Positions 32,219-42,397 of a stretch of 64,000 nucleotides of DNA are shown here, one piece after another; the first letter of the stretch is position 1, and every line of letters starts with the position of its first letter. The stretch lies in NCBI GenBank assembly GCA_039024555.1, contig JBCCQQ010000006.1, positions 1 through 64,000 of the forward strand, given 5' to 3'. The notes beneath the pieces are model-generated. The model saw only the letters and a list, made by a program, of their open reading frames with translations, searched no databases and was not told the DNA's origin. The stretch comes from Cyanobacteria bacterium P01_D01_bin.156 (GTDB lineage Bacteria > Cyanobacteriota > Cyanobacteriia > Phormidesmidales > Phormidesmidaceae). The position numbers and the translations under genes are program-made.

Positions 32219-34897
32219 ATGAAGGATTGCTTAAGGACCGCATTGATAGCTCAAGGAATTGTCTTGGCGGGCCTAGGCTTAAGTGATATCAGCTTAGCTC
32301 AGGTGATACCTGACGCATCTTTGCCGATAGATTCACTGGTTGATTTTCCTGGCTGTAATACCCTCTGTACAATTACAGGCGGAACAGCTCAAGGAGCTAA
32401 TTTATTTCATAGCTTTAGTGAATTTTCACTACCCACAGGAGGGGTAGCAGCCTTTGATGAAAGCCTCACAATTGAAACAATCATTGGGCGAGTGACTAGC
32501 GACAAGGTTTCCAACATTGATGGCACTCTCCGCAGCAATCAGGCAAATCTGTTTTTGCTCAACCCCAATGGATTTATCTTTGGTCCCAATGCCGCTTTAG
32601 ATGTAGGGGGGGCTTTTGTCGCAACTACTGCGGAAAGCATACAGTTTCAAGATGGTACTAATTTCCGTGTTGCTGATGCAGCTCCACTGTTATCCGTCAG
32701 TACTCCAGTGGGACTGCAATTGGGTGAACAAGCCGGAATTATTCAAGTGGGAACAACCGCAACACCAGGCATTGGAAATCAGCTGTATCTCAATCCTAAT
32801 GGTTCCATTAATCGAACTGATAAAAGTAGCGGTGGTGGTTTGGCTGTTGACAGTGGTCAAACGTTAGCCCTATTGGCCAATGGAATCTCGCTTGTTGGAG
32901 GTAACTTGGCTGCCCCCGAGGGGCATATTGACTTGGGTAGTGTTAGTGAACCAGCTTTCATTTCCATAGAGCAGACTAATACCACTTGGCAGTTTGACTA
33001 TAGCGGTGTCGATGACTTTGGTGATATCACCCTAACCCAAGCAGCTTCTGTTGACGTAAGCGGAGATAGTAGCGGTAGTCTTCAAATAATCGGTAATCAT
33101 ATTGACTTAGCAGATGGCTCAGCTCTGATTGCCGAAACGCTGGGTAATGGAATAGGAGGGTTCATCAATGTTCAAGCAAAAGATATTAAGTTGGAGGGTA
33201 TATCTTCCCTTGCTCCTCCAGCTTCCCCGCCAATACCAGGACTCCTCTCTAATCTTCCCTTGGTAACTGGCATCTTTGCCAATGTGGCTTTGGCACAATC
33301 AGGGGAAGGTAGTGACCTGACTATCAATACCCAAAGTTTAACGGTGACTGATGGGGCTCAGGTTACAGCGGCAACTTTTGGGGCAGGCGCAAGCGGTAAT
33401 CTAACTGTTAATGCCCAAGATATTAGGGTAAGTGGAGGTACACCTGGAGGTCCCAGTGGGTTGCTAGCAGCGGTTGCTCCTCGCACACCAATTTATGGTG
33501 ATGCCGGACAGACACTGGTTGATGCGGGCCTTGCTGAGTTACGAATCCCCCCTAACTCAGGTTCACCTCTATTATTTGCACTTCCCCCTGTTGCCACAGG
33601 TAATAGTGGCAACGTAACGATTGAAACTCAATCTCTCGTTGTTGAAGATGGAGCTCAAATCTATTCAAGGAGTGCAGGCTTGGGAAATGCTGGTAGTCTG
33701 CATATCCAAGCTGACACCATAGACATCACTGGTAGTAATCTGGGGGGGCCGAGTACGCTACAGGCATCTGCAGAAACTCCTATTGATGGAGCAGGCAATG
33801 CCAGTGATATCACAATCAACACTCGCCTACTCAATGTTAGCGATGGAGGGCAGATTTCCACAGGAACCCAAGGCCCCGGTGATGGGGGGAATGTATTGAT
33901 CAATGCAACAGAATCAGTGTCTCTTTCAGGCAACGATGAAGCCGGACGAAGCGGTATTTTTAGTAGTGCCATTAGTCTAGCGGGTTTTTCTGCAGGCACT
34001 GGTCAGGGAGGAAATGTTACGGTAAACACGCCATATCTGGAAATTCGTGAGGGCGCTAACATCAGTGCCAGTAATTTTCCGAGTACTGAGAATCCAAGAC
34101 TTGCTCCAGGGACGGGGGCCGCCGGTACAGTGAATCTCAACATCCAAGGTGATGAAGGAATACTCCTGTTAGATGAGGGAGAAATTACTGCAGCATCCTT
34201 ATTAGAAAATGGCGGTAATATCAACTTAGATGTTCAAGATATATTACTGCTGCGCAATGAAAGCCACATTACAGCACGGGCAGGTACAGGTGGAGCTGGA
34301 GGCAACATCAACATTACAACCCCTTTTCTAGTAGCTATTCCCAACGAGGACAGCGATATTATTGCTAGCGCTTTGAATGGTCCCGGTGGCAACATAGTGA
34401 TTACTGCATCCAGCATTCTTAGCTTGCAAGAGCGCCCTGCTATTCCAGGTAATGGAACCAACGATATTGACGCAAGCTCCCAATTTGGCCTAGATGGTAC
34501 TGTAACTATTCAGAATCCGGAGTTAGATCCGGGCCAGGGGCTAACTACCCTTCCTACCAACTTGATCGACCGTTCAACCTTATTTTCCCAATCTTGTGGG
34601 GTCGATGATACGAGTACTAATTATTTCACTCTGACAGGGCGAGGTGGGGTACCTTCTCATCCTGGCTACACATTAGAAGACTCTACAGCGCTTGCGGATC
34701 TCGGCAGTCGTTCGAATCATGTAACCAATAGTCAAATACAGCCCACCAATTCAGATAGCTTACCAAAAGCGTTCGGCACTACGAGCGTTGTGGAGGCACG
34801 CAGCTGGACAACAAATGATGCAGGGGAACCAGTCCTAATAGCTCGAGCCAATACGGCTATTTCTCAAACAAACGCGCTTCCCTATGCTTCATGCTAG
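32219..34897 (+). CDS. Filamentous haemagglutinin N-terminal (TPS) domain exoprotein
   Basis: Signal peptide ending SLAQ, NLFHSFSEF, NLFLLNPNG, beta-helix repeats and C-terminal FTLTGRGGVP. ATG 32219 preferred over TTG 32117. Confidence 0.92.
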   Translation: MKDCLRTALIAQGIVLAGLGLSDISLAQVIPDASLPIDSLVDFPGCNTLCTITGGTAQGANLFHSFSEFSLPTGGVAAFDESLTIETIIGRVTSDKVSNIDGTLRSNQANLFLLNPNGFIFGPNAALDVGGAFVATTAESIQFQDGTNFRVADAAPLLSVSTPVGLQLGEQAGIIQVGTTATPGIGNQLYLNPNGSINRTDKSSGGGLAVDSGQTLALLANGISLVGGNLAAPEGHIDLGSVSEPAFISIEQTNTTWQFDYSGVDDFGDITLTQAASVDVSGDSSGSLQIIGNHIDLADGSALIAETLGNGIGGFINVQAKDIKLEGISSLAPPASPPIPGLLSNLPLVTGIFANVALAQSGEGSDLTINTQSLTVTDGAQVTAATFGAGASGNLTVNAQDIRVSGGTPGGPSGLLAAVAPRTPIYGDAGQTLVDAGLAELRIPPNSGSPLLFALPPVATGNSGNVTIETQSLVVEDGAQIYSRSAGLGNAGSLHIQADTIDITGSNLGGPSTLQASAETPIDGAGNASDITINTRLLNVSDGGQISTGTQGPGDGGNVLINATESVSLSGNDEAGRSGIFSSAISLAGFSAGTGQGGNVTVNTPYLEIREGANISASNFPSTENPRLAPGTGAAGTVNLNIQGDEGILLLDEGEITAASLLENGGNINLDVQDILLLRNESHITARAGTGGAGGNINITTPFLVAIPNEDSDIIASALNGPGGNIVITASSILSLQERPAIPGNGTNDIDASSQFGLDGTVTIQNPELDPGQGLTTLPTNLIDRSTLFSQSCGVDDTSTNYFTLTGRGGVPSHPGYTLEDSTALADLGSRSNHVTNSQIQPTNSDSLPKAFGTTSVVEARSWTTNDAGEPVLIARANTAISQTNALPYASC

Positions 34898-35040
34898 GGA
34901 TGATAGGTTATTGCACATGGGTAGGCATACAAAATTTTTACAAGGGACTTTAACAGAATGGCTTGATTTTAGGCAGTTATTTAGGGCCTGTTCTGTAACT
35001 AATTCTGCATAGACACTTAACAATCGAACATAGTCCTTTT

Positions 35041-35130
35041 ACCGTTGCTGATTTATGGGATGGACCGATCTGATGATGCTTAACTGTGCCGACTGTTTCA
35101 GGAAAAATCATCCCGAGGCTCAGCAACGCC
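35041..35130. repeat. Dispersed element, copy 3
   Basis: ACCGTTGCTGATTTATGGGATG ... CATCCCGAGGCTCAGCAACGCC. Confidence 0.75.
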
Positions 35131-35400
35131 GTCCTTGTTAATTGGGAGCATCAAGATTAACGTGTTTCAGACATATCCATACAATAAATAATTAAATAGC
35201 CAGAAGTGGCAGAATTTACCCCAGTCTTTATGCAGATTAATTCGCGCTAAATATTATTCAGAATATGTTTCATTTTTTAGCAAACGCGCTACTAATGTAA
35301 AAAATAGCACCTCTGCCAAGGCACAATACAGTCAAGGCGCATCAGCACATCTACCAGTTGCTGGTTCGGTGAAACTCTGAACTGCTGCTTAAGATATCCC

Positions 35401-38400
35401 ATGTCATCAGCCTCCCTTTCTCTCCAGGATGCATTTATTTCCTATGGAAGAGTCGATAGTAAAGAATTTGCCAGTAAGCTGAATCACTGTCTTGTTGAGC
35501 AAGGTTTGGAGGTATGGTTTGACTTTGATGACATTCCTCTAGGGGTGGACTATCAAAATCAGATTGATGATGGCATTGAGCGTAGCCAAAACTTTTTGTT
35601 CATTATTTCTCCCCATTCAGTCAACTCTGCCTACTGCCGCTTAGAAATTGAACATGCCCTACAGTTAGGAAAACGTATTATCCCTCTGTTGCATGTAGAA
35701 AACATTGGAAGAGATACCTGGCAAGCGCGTAATCCTGGCGGAACTGAGACAGATTGGCAAGATTATCAAGCCAAGGGGATGCATTCAAGTTATCCCAATA
35801 TGCATCCCATTATCAGTAAGATCAACTGGGTGTATTTTCGTGAGGGTATTGATGATTTTCAAACATCTCTTAAGGGACTGCTAGAGATTTTTGAGCGTCA
35901 GCAGGACTATGTTCATCGACACACTGTACTACTTTCTCAGGCATTGACCTGGCAGCGAAACCAAAAACAGGCCCAATATTTACTGACAGGACAAAACCGT
36001 ATTCAGGCAGAGAAGTGGCTTAAGCAGCGGTTCACAGTCGAACAAGCTCCCTGTCAACTCATTGATCTCCACTGTGAGTTTATTTGCGAAAGCATTAAAA
36101 ATGGCAACGGGTTGATGACCGATATCTTCCTATCTTATTCGGAAAAAGATAGGGAGCTGATGGACCAGCTACGTCAGTCCTTAATGAGAGAAGGGTTTAC
36201 GACTTGGATCAATCGTACTGATATTCAGGTCAGTGGTGATTTCCAAATGGCTATCAATAAAGGGATTGAAGAGGCTAGCCGGATGGTGTATTTGATTTCA
36301 CCAGATTCTTTGACCTCTCAATATTGTCAACAGGAGTTGAACTATGCCCGTCAGCTTAATAAGCAAATCATTCCCTTATTGATGCGGCCGGTTGATTTGG
36401 ATCAGATGGCAGATGATTTAAGGGCACTCCAGTTTATTAATTTTGCAAATAATGCCGACGGTGACACAGTTGCTTATCAGAAGGATATGGATAAGCTGGT
36501 TAAACTCCTTCAAGAGGACAGTGATTATTATCATCAGCATAAACACTTGCTGGTAAAAGCTTTAAAGTGGCAGCAAAATCAACACAATCCTAGCTTGTTG
36601 TTACGGGGATATAATCTAGGCCACGCTGAAGCTTGGCTAAAGATAGGACGCAAGCATGGTCAGCAAAAGCCATTGACGCTACAGGAAGAATTTATCCAGG
36701 AAAGTCTGCGTCAGCCGCCCAACCAGTCTACTGATGTTTTTGTTTCTTACTCTCGGGCAGACTCTGACTTTGCTCGTCAGCTAAACGACGCTCTTCAGTT
36801 GCAGGGGAAAACCACCTGGTTTGATCAAGAGAGCATTGTTGCTGGAGCAGCAAATTTTAAAGAGGAGATTTTTAGTGGTATTGAGAGTGCCGACCATTTT
36901 TTGTTTATCATTTCTCCTCGGTCCATTCAATCTCCTTACTGTGCTGAAGAAGTAGAGTATGCTCAAAGTTTGAATAAACGGATGCTGACAGTATTGCATC
37001 AGCCTATCAATATAAAGGAGTTGCATTCAGCTCTAGCATCCGTACAGTGGATTGACTTTCATAGCAAGACGAATGATTTTAATGCTAATTTTAGTACTCT
37101 TCTGCGAGCGTTAGATAACGATCCGGTTCATTTAAGATTTCACACCCGGCTTTTGGTTCAAGCGCTAGAGTGGGATCAACAAGATCGAGATGAGAGTCTG
37201 TTGTTGCGAGGTAAAGCTCGACGAGAGACTGAAACTTGGTTGTTAGAATCTAAGGGGAAATCTCCAAAACCAACTAGTCTGCAGCAGGATTTTGTTACAG
37301 CCTCTGCTTCTGAAGAAATTCGTCGGCAGCGCTCAGCCATCCGTTTGCAGAGGATTGGCATTGGGGTTATTAGCGTTGTTTCCTTGGTTGCGATCGCACT
37401 CGGGATTGTTGCTAATCAGCTGAGAAGCCGTGCTCGCGCTGAAACTGCTCGCGCTGAAACCGCGCAACAGGAAGCTGAGCTGCAACAAATCATAGCTCGT
37501 ACAGAAACCTCTGAGGCTCTTTTTGAGTCGGATCAGCCGTTTGAAGCACTTTTAGAAGCTATGCAGGCTGGTATCGAACTGAAGAATAAAGAGGATGAAC
37601 TCAACAGTAACGGTGACGAAGCTGATGAGGTAAATCAATCTAAATTAGCTACATCCCATGTGGAAGTGGTCACAGCTCTCCAGCAGGCTGTTTTTTGGGT
37701 ACGGGAGAAGAATAATCTGGATGGACATGACGGCATCATTTGGGACACGGCTATCAGTAAGAATGGCAAGATGATTGCATCGGCTAGTGCCGATGGCTCA
37801 GCTCGGTTGTGGAAAACAGATGGTAGCCAGTTAGGAGAGCCATTTTCTGCAGACGATACTCAAGTTCTTAGTGTTGCCTTTAGCCCTGATGCGAGACTAT
37901 TAGCGATAGGCTTGGAAAAGGGCGAAATTCAACTATGGCAGATAGAACCAAAGCGGTTATTGTTGACCACTATGGTACATAGTGAAGCGCCAGTAACAGA
38001 TCTTGCTTTCTCAAGTGACGGTCAGATTATTGCGTCGGCTAGTGAAGATAAAACGGTTCGTCTGTGGAAGCCGGATGGCACTTCCCTAAAAACTTTGACA
38101 CAACATATTGCAGCTGTGCGGGCAGTAGAATTTAGCCCAGATGGAAAGTTGTTAGCCACTGGAGCAGACGATAGCACCATTCGGTTATATACTCCCAGTG
38201 GAGATTTTCTAAAGACTCTTAGTGGACATAACGCTCAGGTAAAAGGGATTGCCTTTAGTCCTGACAGTTCTATGTTGGCATCAGCTAGCTGGGATGAGAC
38301 TGTACGCCTTTGGAAAACTTCAGGCGAGCTGATTAAAGATATACGTGGTCACAATACCCTAGTTTACGATGTGAGTTTTAGCCCAGATGGTAAATATTTA

Positions 38401-39588
38401 GCTTCTGCCAGCTGGGATAAAACTATTAAAACCTGGACTTTAAAGGGAGAATCAATCACCACTGTCTATGGGCACACTGCTCAGATCCACAGCATTGGGT
38501 TCATAACCCTTGACGACTCAAATCATCAACTTGTATCCGGTGGTGGTGACCGTACCATTCGCCTTTGGAAATTAAATCGTCCCTTAATTACTTCTCTACG
38601 GGACCATCAGGCTGGTGTATATAGTGTCGTCTTTTCGCCAGATGACGACACTATCGCTTCAGCTGGTGCCGATAATACTATTCGACTTTGGGATAAACAG
38701 GGCAATATCCGTGACAGGCTCACAGGCCATACATCAGTTATTTGGAAAGTACTCTACAGCCCAGATGGTAAAACTTTGGCATCAGCTAGCTCAGACTATA
38801 CTGCTAAACTCTGGAGCCATGAAGGTAAGTTGTTGAGGACTCTAGAAGAGCATAAGGGACCTGTTTATGCTTTGGCCTTTAGTCCAGATGGTAAATTATT
38901 GGCCACTGGAGCTGCGGATCGCACTATTCGCATTTTTCAACTAGATGGGACTTTAGTTACCGAGATTCCTGATTTGGATAAGGATGTATTGAGTTTAGCC
39001 TTTAGCCCAGATGGTAAAACTTTGGCCAGTTCCGGATGGGAACATTTTGTTCGTCGATGGACCTTAGATGGCAAAGAACTAGAGCCCTTAAAGGGGCATC
39101 GAGGCTGGATCCAGGAGGTAATCTATAGTCCAGATGGAAAGACTATTGCTACCGCTAGTTCCGACAACACCGCTAAAATTTGGGATCCTAATTCTGGGGA
39201 TTTACTCCACACCTTAGAAGGTCATCAGGATGGAGTGATTACCGTGCAGTTTAGCCACGATCAATCAAATCCAGATAAGAAATTAATTGCTACAGGCAGC
39301 TATGATCATACGGTGAAGCTATGGACCGCTTCTGGAGAGCTGCTGACTACTTTACGGGGACATGAAGGTCGAGTAAATGGCTTAAGCATCAGTCATGACC
39401 AAAAAATCCTGGCTACCGTAGGAGAAGATAAGCGACTACTATTATGGGATTTGAACCTGCAAGGCGAATTAAATTTGCTTCTCAAGCAAGGTTGTAATTG
39501 GTTAGAGGGGTATCAAAATACTAACCCTAAGGCTCCTCTAGAAATCAAAAATTACTGTAGTCAACAGTCCATAGAAACTACACCTTGA
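35401..39588 (+). CDS. Triple-TIR, TM-helix, ~14x WD40 protein
   Basis: Three TIR starts (DAFISYG, DIFLSYS, DVFVSYS), each with S-x-Y-C-x-x-E. Hydrophobic helix at about aa 652-671, then 14 WD40 repeats. No P-loop. Confidence 0.9.
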   Translation: MSSASLSLQDAFISYGRVDSKEFASKLNHCLVEQGLEVWFDFDDIPLGVDYQNQIDDGIERSQNFLFIISPHSVNSAYCRLEIEHALQLGKRIIPLLHVENIGRDTWQARNPGGTETDWQDYQAKGMHSSYPNMHPIISKINWVYFREGIDDFQTSLKGLLEIFERQQDYVHRHTVLLSQALTWQRNQKQAQYLLTGQNRIQAEKWLKQRFTVEQAPCQLIDLHCEFICESIKNGNGLMTDIFLSYSEKDRELMDQLRQSLMREGFTTWINRTDIQVSGDFQMAINKGIEEASRMVYLISPDSLTSQYCQQELNYARQLNKQIIPLLMRPVDLDQMADDLRALQFINFANNADGDTVAYQKDMDKLVKLLQEDSDYYHQHKHLLVKALKWQQNQHNPSLLLRGYNLGHAEAWLKIGRKHGQQKPLTLQEEFIQESLRQPPNQSTDVFVSYSRADSDFARQLNDALQLQGKTTWFDQESIVAGAANFKEEIFSGIESADHFLFIISPRSIQSPYCAEEVEYAQSLNKRMLTVLHQPINIKELHSALASVQWIDFHSKTNDFNANFSTLLRALDNDPVHLRFHTRLLVQALEWDQQDRDESLLLRGKARRETETWLLESKGKSPKPTSLQQDFVTASASEEIRRQRSAIRLQRIGIGVISVVSLVAIALGIVANQLRSRARAETARAETAQQEAELQQIIARTETSEALFESDQPFEALLEAMQAGIELKNKEDELNSNGDEADEVNQSKLATSHVEVVTALQQAVFWVREKNNLDGHDGIIWDTAISKNGKMIASASADGSARLWKTDGSQLGEPFSADDTQVLSVAFSPDARLLAIGLEKGEIQLWQIEPKRLLLTTMVHSEAPVTDLAFSSDGQIIASASEDKTVRLWKPDGTSLKTLTQHIAAVRAVEFSPDGKLLATGADDSTIRLYTPSGDFLKTLSGHNAQVKGIAFSPDSSMLASASWDETVRLWKTSGELIKDIRGHNTLVYDVSFSPDGKYLASASWDKTIKTWTLKGESITTVYGHTAQIHSIGFITLDDSNHQLVSGGGDRTIRLWKLNRPLITSLRDHQAGVYSVVFSPDDDTIASAGADNTIRLWDKQGNIRDRLTGHTSVIWKVLYSPDGKTLASASSDYTAKLWSHEGKLLRTLEEHKGPVYALAFSPDGKLLATGAADRTIRIFQLDGTLVTEIPDLDKDVLSLAFSPDGKTLASSGWEHFVRRWTLDGKELEPLKGHRGWIQEVIYSPDGKTIATASSDNTAKIWDPNSGDLLHTLEGHQDGVITVQFSHDQSNPDKKLIATGSYDHTVKLWTASGELLTTLRGHEGRVNGLSISHDQKILATVGEDKRLLLWDLNLQGELNLLLKQGCNWLEGYQNTNPKAPLEIKNYCSQQSIETTP

Positions 39589-39601
39589 TCACTTGTAAAC
39601 A

Positions 39602-40696
39602 TTACTGAGCGGGTGTTTGCATATTCATGAGACTAAATAGCTTGTAGAGTATACGGGCACTGACATTACCATCCCACTCATGATTGCCTGTTTCACAAAT
39701 GTCGCAACCGATGATGTACCGACCGCTGTGAACTACCTCACGCCACAGACAGTAGACCTCTTCTAGGTTTAATCCACCGGGTACAGGTGTTCCGGTATGG
39801 GGGCAAAGCTTTGGATCAAGGCCATCTACATCACAGCTGATGTAAATATTTTGGGGTAGGTGCTTAACAATCTCTTGACACTGTTCTAGCCAACCTTGGC
39901 CTGCGTAGGCTGACTGTTTTAGTTGAGTATCTAAATAGGTGATAATCCGTTTGTTAGATTGTTGAATTAGATTCATTTCACCATGGGAAATATCGCGAAT
40001 GCCCACCTGTACTAGTTTTGAAATCTGAGGTATTTGTATGGCATTAAACATAATGGAAGCATGGGACTGTTGAAATCCTTCATAGGCATTACGCAAGTCG
40101 CCATGAGCATCAACATGGAGGATGCCAAAATTAGAATACTGTTGAGCTAATGCCTGTAAAGTGCCCAATGGAACACTATGGTCGCCGCCAATAATAATAA
40201 TTTTCTTGTTATATCTCAAAGCAACTCGGGTCTGATAATTTACCCAGCGAGTCATCGTTTGGCAGCCTTGATTAACTCTTTCTAACGCTAGAGCTAGCTT
40301 TGGGTTACCCTCCGGAGTTATCCCCTGTTCTGCACCTCGAATGATTGCGATCGCATCCAATCGTAGTCGCCGATTTTTTGCCAACAGCCATTCCGGAATA
40401 GGCAGCATATAAATACCCTGTCGCCAGCCATCTGGATTATCAAAATCGTAAAAGTCTAGCTGGGGCGACGCTTTTAGAATAGCTGCAGGTCCTTCGCACG
40501 TGCCATCCTGGTAGGAGGTGGTTACATCCCAAGGTACTCCAATAACAATTGTGCTGGCATGGGCATAGTCATGGGGAAATCCAAAGACGTTACCATTAAC
40601 AGCTCCTACACCCCCTGGATCAAAGTTCGCGACTGCCTCAGCCACCCTATAGCGTATGTTAGGGACTTTTTTACTAGGGCGAGACCTTTTTGTCAT
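39602..40696 (-). CDS. speB: Agmatinase (ureohydrolase family)
   Basis: GGDHS, HVDAHGD and DVDGLDP...TGTPVPGG motifs. Confidence 0.85.
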   Translation of the reverse strand: MTKRSRPSKKVPNIRYRVAEAVANFDPGGVGAVNGNVFGFPHDYAHASTIVIGVPWDVTTSYQDGTCEGPAAILKASPQLDFYDFDNPDGWRQGIYMLPIPEWLLAKNRRLRLDAIAIIRGAEQGITPEGNPKLALALERVNQGCQTMTRWVNYQTRVALRYNKKIIIIGGDHSVPLGTLQALAQQYSNFGILHVDAHGDLRNAYEGFQQSHASIMFNAIQIPQISKLVQVGIRDISHGEMNLIQQSNKRIITYLDTQLKQSAYAGQGWLEQCQEIVKHLPQNIYISCDVDGLDPKLCPHTGTPVPGGLNLEEVYCLWREVVHSGRYIIGCDICETGNHEWDGNVSARILYKLFSLMNMQTPAQ

Positions 40697-40864
40697 ACTC
40701 TCCTTCAGCTAAAGTAGTTAATAATAGTAAGGGTTTCAATCATACGTTGTCCGCAAACTGGCATTTAATATTTGCGCAATAATTTTGGTTGACGACAGAT
40801 ATCAGAAAATATCTTGTTCCCTAAATGAAAGACAAGATATTTAACTATGATGTCGTGTTAAAAC

Positions 40865-42148
40865 TTATTGGTTCAGCATTTTGTTGATAAATGTAGGTAA
40901 GCAAAATGCAGCTTTATGGATATCCCTGTTGTAATACTGTAAATTAAATTGATCCGAAATATTTTGTGCTCTTTCTTGGTCAATATCATTGACAGGATGC
41001 TTTCCATCCTTTGTGCAGTAGGTAAAACTCCACATACCTGTAGGGTAAGTGGGAATAAATGCTAAGTAGCAAAAGACATTTTCAGTTTGAAAAATATTCT
41101 TCAAACAGTGATTTAAATCTATAAACGCTTTTTGATTAAAGTGAGGAGATTCGCTCTGAGCCGTCATCACGCCACCAGGTCTTAAACAGCGATAAACGTC
41201 TTGATAGAAGTCCTTGGAGAACAGTCCCTCTGCAGGCCCAACTGGATCGGATGAATCCACCACAATCATGTCAAAACTATTCGCAGCAGACTGTTTTATA
41301 TAGTTAATGCCGTCGTCAATGACGAGATTGAGCTTGGGATGATCAAAGGCTGACGACAAACTAGGTAAAAATTCTTTTGATGCTCTAACAACAGCCTCAT
41401 CAATTTCTACCATGGTGACGCTGTTCACCTGTTCATGGCGTAGAATCTCCCGAATACTACCTCCATCCCCACCACCAATGACCAGCACATCCTTCACATC
41501 TGGCTGTATTACCATCGGCACATGAATTATCATTTCATGATAACCTTTTTCATCCTTTTCACTGCACATGACCATCTTGTCAACAGCCAACAGTTTGCCA
41601 TATTCAAATGTATCAAATACCTCTACAGTTTGATAAGGAGACTTTTCTCGAAATAGACAGTCTCCCTTATGACGTATTGAAAGAGCAATATTCTCGTTTC
41701 GATCCGTAAACCAAACACTACGACTATACTTGGGTACCAACAGTTGCTGCGCTGCATCCTCGCGCAGCTCTCCTAGCTCTATACTAGCCTTTTCCAACAG
41801 ATCCAGTTGTCCTCGGTTAATCTCCACTGCGGACCCATGCTCTGCGTGAAAAGCATGTTTAAGTATTTTATAGGATATCCATGGATTAACAGAGTCACCA
41901 CAGGTAAACAAATCCACTGCTGCATAGCGATATTCTGGCCAGGTATGAATAGCTAGATGACTTTCTTGAATAACGACCACACCCGACACACCAAAAGGAG
42001 AAAAATGATGAAATGCTGAACTAATAATAGTCGCACCAGCTTCTTTGGCTGCATTGACCATACTAGACTCAATACATGGGACATCGTTCAGGACCTCAGA
42101 AGAGCATCCGTGGAACTCTACTAAAATATGACGACCAAGAGATTTCAT
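40865..42148 (-). CDS. speD-speE: S-adenosylmethionine decarboxylase / aminopropyltransferase (spermidine synthase) fusion
   Basis: N-terminal pyruvoyl site [14 protein letters not shown] and DLFTCG; C-terminal [17 protein letters not shown] and VDSSDP motifs. Confidence 0.92.
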   Translation of the reverse strand: MKSLGRHILVEFHGCSSEVLNDVPCIESSMVNAAKEAGATIISSAFHHFSPFGVSGVVVIQESHLAIHTWPEYRYAAVDLFTCGDSVNPWISYKILKHAFHAEHGSAVEINRGQLDLLEKASIELGELREDAAQQLLVPKYSRSVWFTDRNENIALSIRHKGDCLFREKSPYQTVEVFDTFEYGKLLAVDKMVMCSEKDEKGYHEMIIHVPMVIQPDVKDVLVIGGGDGGSIREILRHEQVNSVTMVEIDEAVVRASKEFLPSLSSAFDHPKLNLVIDDGINYIKQSAANSFDMIVVDSSDPVGPAEGLFSKDFYQDVYRCLRPGGVMTAQSESPHFNQKAFIDLNHCLKNIFQTENVFCYLAFIPTYPTGMWSFTYCTKDGKHPVNDIDQERAQNISDQFNLQYYNRDIHKAAFCLPTFINKMLNQ

Positions 42149-42397
42149 AAATGTATAGCTCAGAGATAATTTATCTACAACAAGTTCCCTGTTTAACTAC
42201 TGGGAGCAACGGTGTCAAATACATAGCTGCTATATTGACCAAATGATGCGTGGAGCCAATAATCAACTGAGAATTAACGTGTTAGAAATCAACAATAGAC
42301 CACTATTAGATTAACTTAGCTAAATCAGTGTATACCTAATTGGGACACCATGTACCAAAGGCACATTAATCATAATTTTATTGCAGGGTTATCATAA

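Noticed and set aside
37432..37461. 15-bp tandem duplication encoding ARAETARAET
   Set aside because: An in-frame slippage in a coiled-coil linker; no evidence of function.
37717..39450. Recurrent TTTAGCCCAGATGG-like DNA repeats that could suggest an array
   Set aside because: They encode the FSPDG motif of WD40 blades; this is not a CRISPR array.
40807..40842. 11-bp inverted repeat between speD-speE and speB
   Set aside because: AT-rich with a 14-nt loop; too weak to call.
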